From the NCBI RefSeq assembly GCF_018350175.1, contig NC_058368.1, positions 145,826,001 to 145,890,000 of the forward strand: 64,000 bases of DNA, written 5' to 3'. Positions within the stretch are counted from its first letter, which is position 1. Each line of letters starts with the position of its first letter. The DNA comes from Felis catus. Its lineage: Eukaryota. The notes below the pieces were generated by a model that saw nothing but the letters and a program-made list of their open reading frames with translations, did no database searches and was not told where the DNA came from. This document shows, in pieces, positions 61,333 to 64,000 of the stretch. The position numbers and the translations under genes are program-made.

Positions 61333-62614
61333 CCATGAAAGGACATGAAGGTAAATTAAAATGCGTATTTCTGAGTAAAAGAAGCCAAACTGAAAAGTGT
61401 AAATACTATATGATTCCAACTATATGACATTGTGGAAAAGGTAAAACTATAGAGGCAGTAAAAAGTTTAGTGGTTGCCAGGGGGGTTAGGGAGAGGAGGG
61501 GATGAATAGACAAAACACAGATGAACCTTAGGGCACTGCAACTATTCTGCACGATACTACAGTGGTGGTTACATGTCAATGTACATATGCCAGAACCATT
61601 GAGTGTGCAACACCAAGAGTGAGCTGTAATGTAATCTATGGACTTTAGGTGATAACAACATGCCAATATAGGTTCATCATTTGTAACAAATGTACCACTA
61701 TGGTACAGGGTGTACAGTGGGGGACATTGTGTACATGTAGGGACAAAGGGTATGTGGAAACTGTACTTTCCATTCAATTTTTCTGTGAGCTTAAAACTGC
61801 TCTAAAAAATAAAGTTTACTAATTAAGACAACCCCACAGTGAAATATCACTACATGCCTATCAGAATGGCTAAAATAAAAAATGACAGCACTACATGCTG
61901 TCGTCAAGAATGTGAAAAAATTGGATCACTTATCCATTGCTGATGGTAATGTAAAATGACATAGCTATTCTGGAAAACAATTTGGCAGTTTCTCATTAAA
62001 CTAAATATGCAATTACCATATAATCCAATAGTTGCACTTTGCTCTCTTATCTGTGTATCCCAAAGAAGTGAGACTTAAATTTGCACGAGAACCTGTATAC
62101 AATGCTTGCAGCAGCTTTATTCATAACAGCCCCAAATTGGAAACAACTCAGATGTTTTATAATAGGTGAATGGTTAAATGTACTCTAGTAGATCCATACC
62201 ATGGAATATTACTCAGTGAGAGTACTGAGAACAAGATGCTAATACAAGAAGTAATCTGAGTGAATATCCAGAGAATTATGCCAAATGGAAAAGCCTATCC
62301 CAAAAGGTTACATATTGTATAATTCCATTTACAGAACATTCACGAAAGGACAAAAGCTAGAATTGGAGAGCAAATTAGTGGCTGTCAGGATTTAAGGTGA
62401 GAGTAAGGTGTGAGGGAAGGATGCAGCTATAAAAGCGCAACAGGAAAGACTGATGGAAATGTCCTGTATCTGACTGTATCAATGTCAAGATCCTAGTCAT
62501 GATATTGTACTATAGTTCTGTAAGATGTTGTTATTGGAGAGAGTGCTAGAGAAATGGTACACAGGCTCTCTCTCTGCAGGTGAATCTATAGTTATGTTAA
62601 AATAAAAAGGCTTA

Positions 62615-62809
62615 GGGGCTCAGTTGGTTGAGTGTCTGACCTCAGGTCATGATCTCATGGTTTGTGAGTTCAAGCCCTGCATCAGGCTTGCTGCTATCAG
62701 CTCAGAGCTTGCTTTGGATCCTCTGTCCACACCCCCCTCGCCCCCACCCTCTGCCCCTTTCTTACTCATGCTCTCTCTCTCAAAAATGAATAAACATTAA
62801 TAAAAACAT
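62615..62809 (+). mobile_element. Can-SINE with small 5' deletions
   Basis: GGGGCTCAGTTGGTTGAG head. TSD AAAATAAAA(A)GGCTTA. Confidence 0.93.
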
Positions 62810-62889
62810 AAAATAAAAGGCTTAAACAAATAAATAACATAAAACAAAAAGGTTGATTAGAATACAGTTTGTCTCTTAAAAAACAGCAA

Positions 62890-63091
62890 GGGGCACCTGG
62901 GTGGCTCAGTTGGTTGAACATCTGACTTCAGTCCAGGTCATGATCTCATGGTTCATGAGTTCGAGCCCCACATGAGGCTCACTGCTGTCAGCATGGGAGC
63001 CTGCTTCTGATCCTCTGTCTCCCTCTCTCTCTGCCCCTCCCCTGCTCCTTGTTCAGTTCTCTCTCTCAAAAATGAGTAAACATTTAAAAAG
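62890..63091 (+). mobile_element. Can-SINE
   Basis: GGGGCACCTGGGTGGCTCAGTTGGTTGAAC head, CT-rich body, A tail. Confidence 0.96.
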
Positions 63092-63439
63092 AATAACAAC
63101 AGAAAACCCACCCTTGTCCTCAGAAGCTATTTGGCTTTTTTTTCTAGTCAAAAGGCTACAGGCTTTCCTTAGTGAATTTTTAGAGTCCGGTTATCATAAG
63201 AAAGGAAAGAGAAAGCAAGATGAAGGAGATGAAAAAATAAATAAATAAAAAGGAAGGCATTTACATGTTTAGCATGTTGATTAAATAGATCACTATCCAT
63301 TCATGAAGTAAATGCAACTGTTAAAAAGTCAGCTTTTTATAAAAGAATACTTCCTAATTGGAAAAATGTGTCATATGTATTAGTACATTAAAACAGAACT
63401 AAAAATACACAGTATTATAAGATATATATTAACATCCCT

Positions 63440-63780
63440 GAGTTCATTCAACAAATCCTGCATATTCAATAAAAAAAATGTACTAAGGTACTTGTGCCAT
63501 GCACTGGGGATAAAACCATGAGCAGAGAATTTTCCTAATGGAACTCACAGTATATTGATACATGGATTTCTTTCCTTTAACATCATTATATTCAAATTTT
63601 CAGTAAGTATTTATTGAGTACTGATTCTGTGCTCAGTACTCTGAAAAGTTTCCTGTGGGATCCAAAGGGCATATTTTATGTAGTTTGTGACCTTAAAGTG
63701 ATTATAATTTGGGTGGAGGGACAAGATTCATGAACACATAATAAAAATCAGAGAACAGTACAGTGTAGAGTATATGTCTG
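63440..63780 (-). mobile_element. Two adjacent L2 3'-end fragments
   Basis: TTCATTCAACAAAT...GTGCCATGCACTGGGGATA...ATGGAACTCACAGT and TTCAGTAAGTATTTATTGAGTACT..TCTGTGC. Confidence 0.7.
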
Positions 63781-64000
63781 CCTTGTTGTAAGTTTTCACA
63801 TCTGAGACCTCATTCTGGATGGGCGTGGGGAATGGTTAACCCTGCTGAGTGTGCCCAGACACCTCACGGGTCAGTAGTGACAGAGGGAAACAGAATCTCC
63901 CACGGTTGACTCTTGGCCTGAGTCTCTCTCTGTGGCCAATGCCTCACTGATTCTTCAAAGTCAGTTTTGTTTGAGCCATCTTTGCCGTGACTGTGCCCCT

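Larger units (their letters stand above)
59310..62614 (+). mobile_element. Old L1MC/L1MD mosaic (5' piece, ORF2 C-terminal part, two successive 3' ends), interrupted by SINEs
   Basis: Peptides FATDTSDKEFLSKIYKEL and PYDLAVLLSGIY...KTCTWIF...WKQSNCPSIGEWINKLWYI. One 3' end at about 61820 (AAAACTGCTCTAAAAAATAAAG) and another at about 62610. Confidence 0.88.

Noticed and set aside
63815..63945. Promoter (GGGCGTGGG box plus CCAAT)
   Set aside because: Two short motifs without a CpG island or visible downstream gene at the window edge, which is expected by chance.
1..64000. Protein-coding genes from the ORF track
   Set aside because: All ORFs are 157 aa or shorter, many start at non-ATG codons, and none resembles a cellular protein I recognise. 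The recognisable ones are SINE or L1 translations or microsatellite runs.

Overview
AT-rich, CpG-depleted mammalian non-coding DNA (intergenic or deep intronic) from a cat-family genome: it carries about 25 carnivore tRNA-derived SINEs (Can-SINE), several of the young felid SINEC_Fc type. I recognise no protein-coding gene, RNA gene or CpG island. The ORF track is explained by SINE, L1 and microsatellite sequence or by chance. The rest is layered repeat sequence: a 3.6 kb 5'-truncated carnivore L1, older L1M/HAL1 pieces, L2, MIR, L3/CR1, MaLR, ERV1 and ERVL solo LTRs, hAT MITEs and microsatellites. Repeat subfamily names come from remembered consensus motifs, not from a database search. The most notable observations are a 59-bp locally templated duplication, a four-level nested insertion, a near-identical inverted pair of young SINEs, SINEs with internal rearrangements, a compound TCATG hairpin in unique DNA, and a few exon-like segments in repeat-poor stretches. 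I found no convincing novel gene system.
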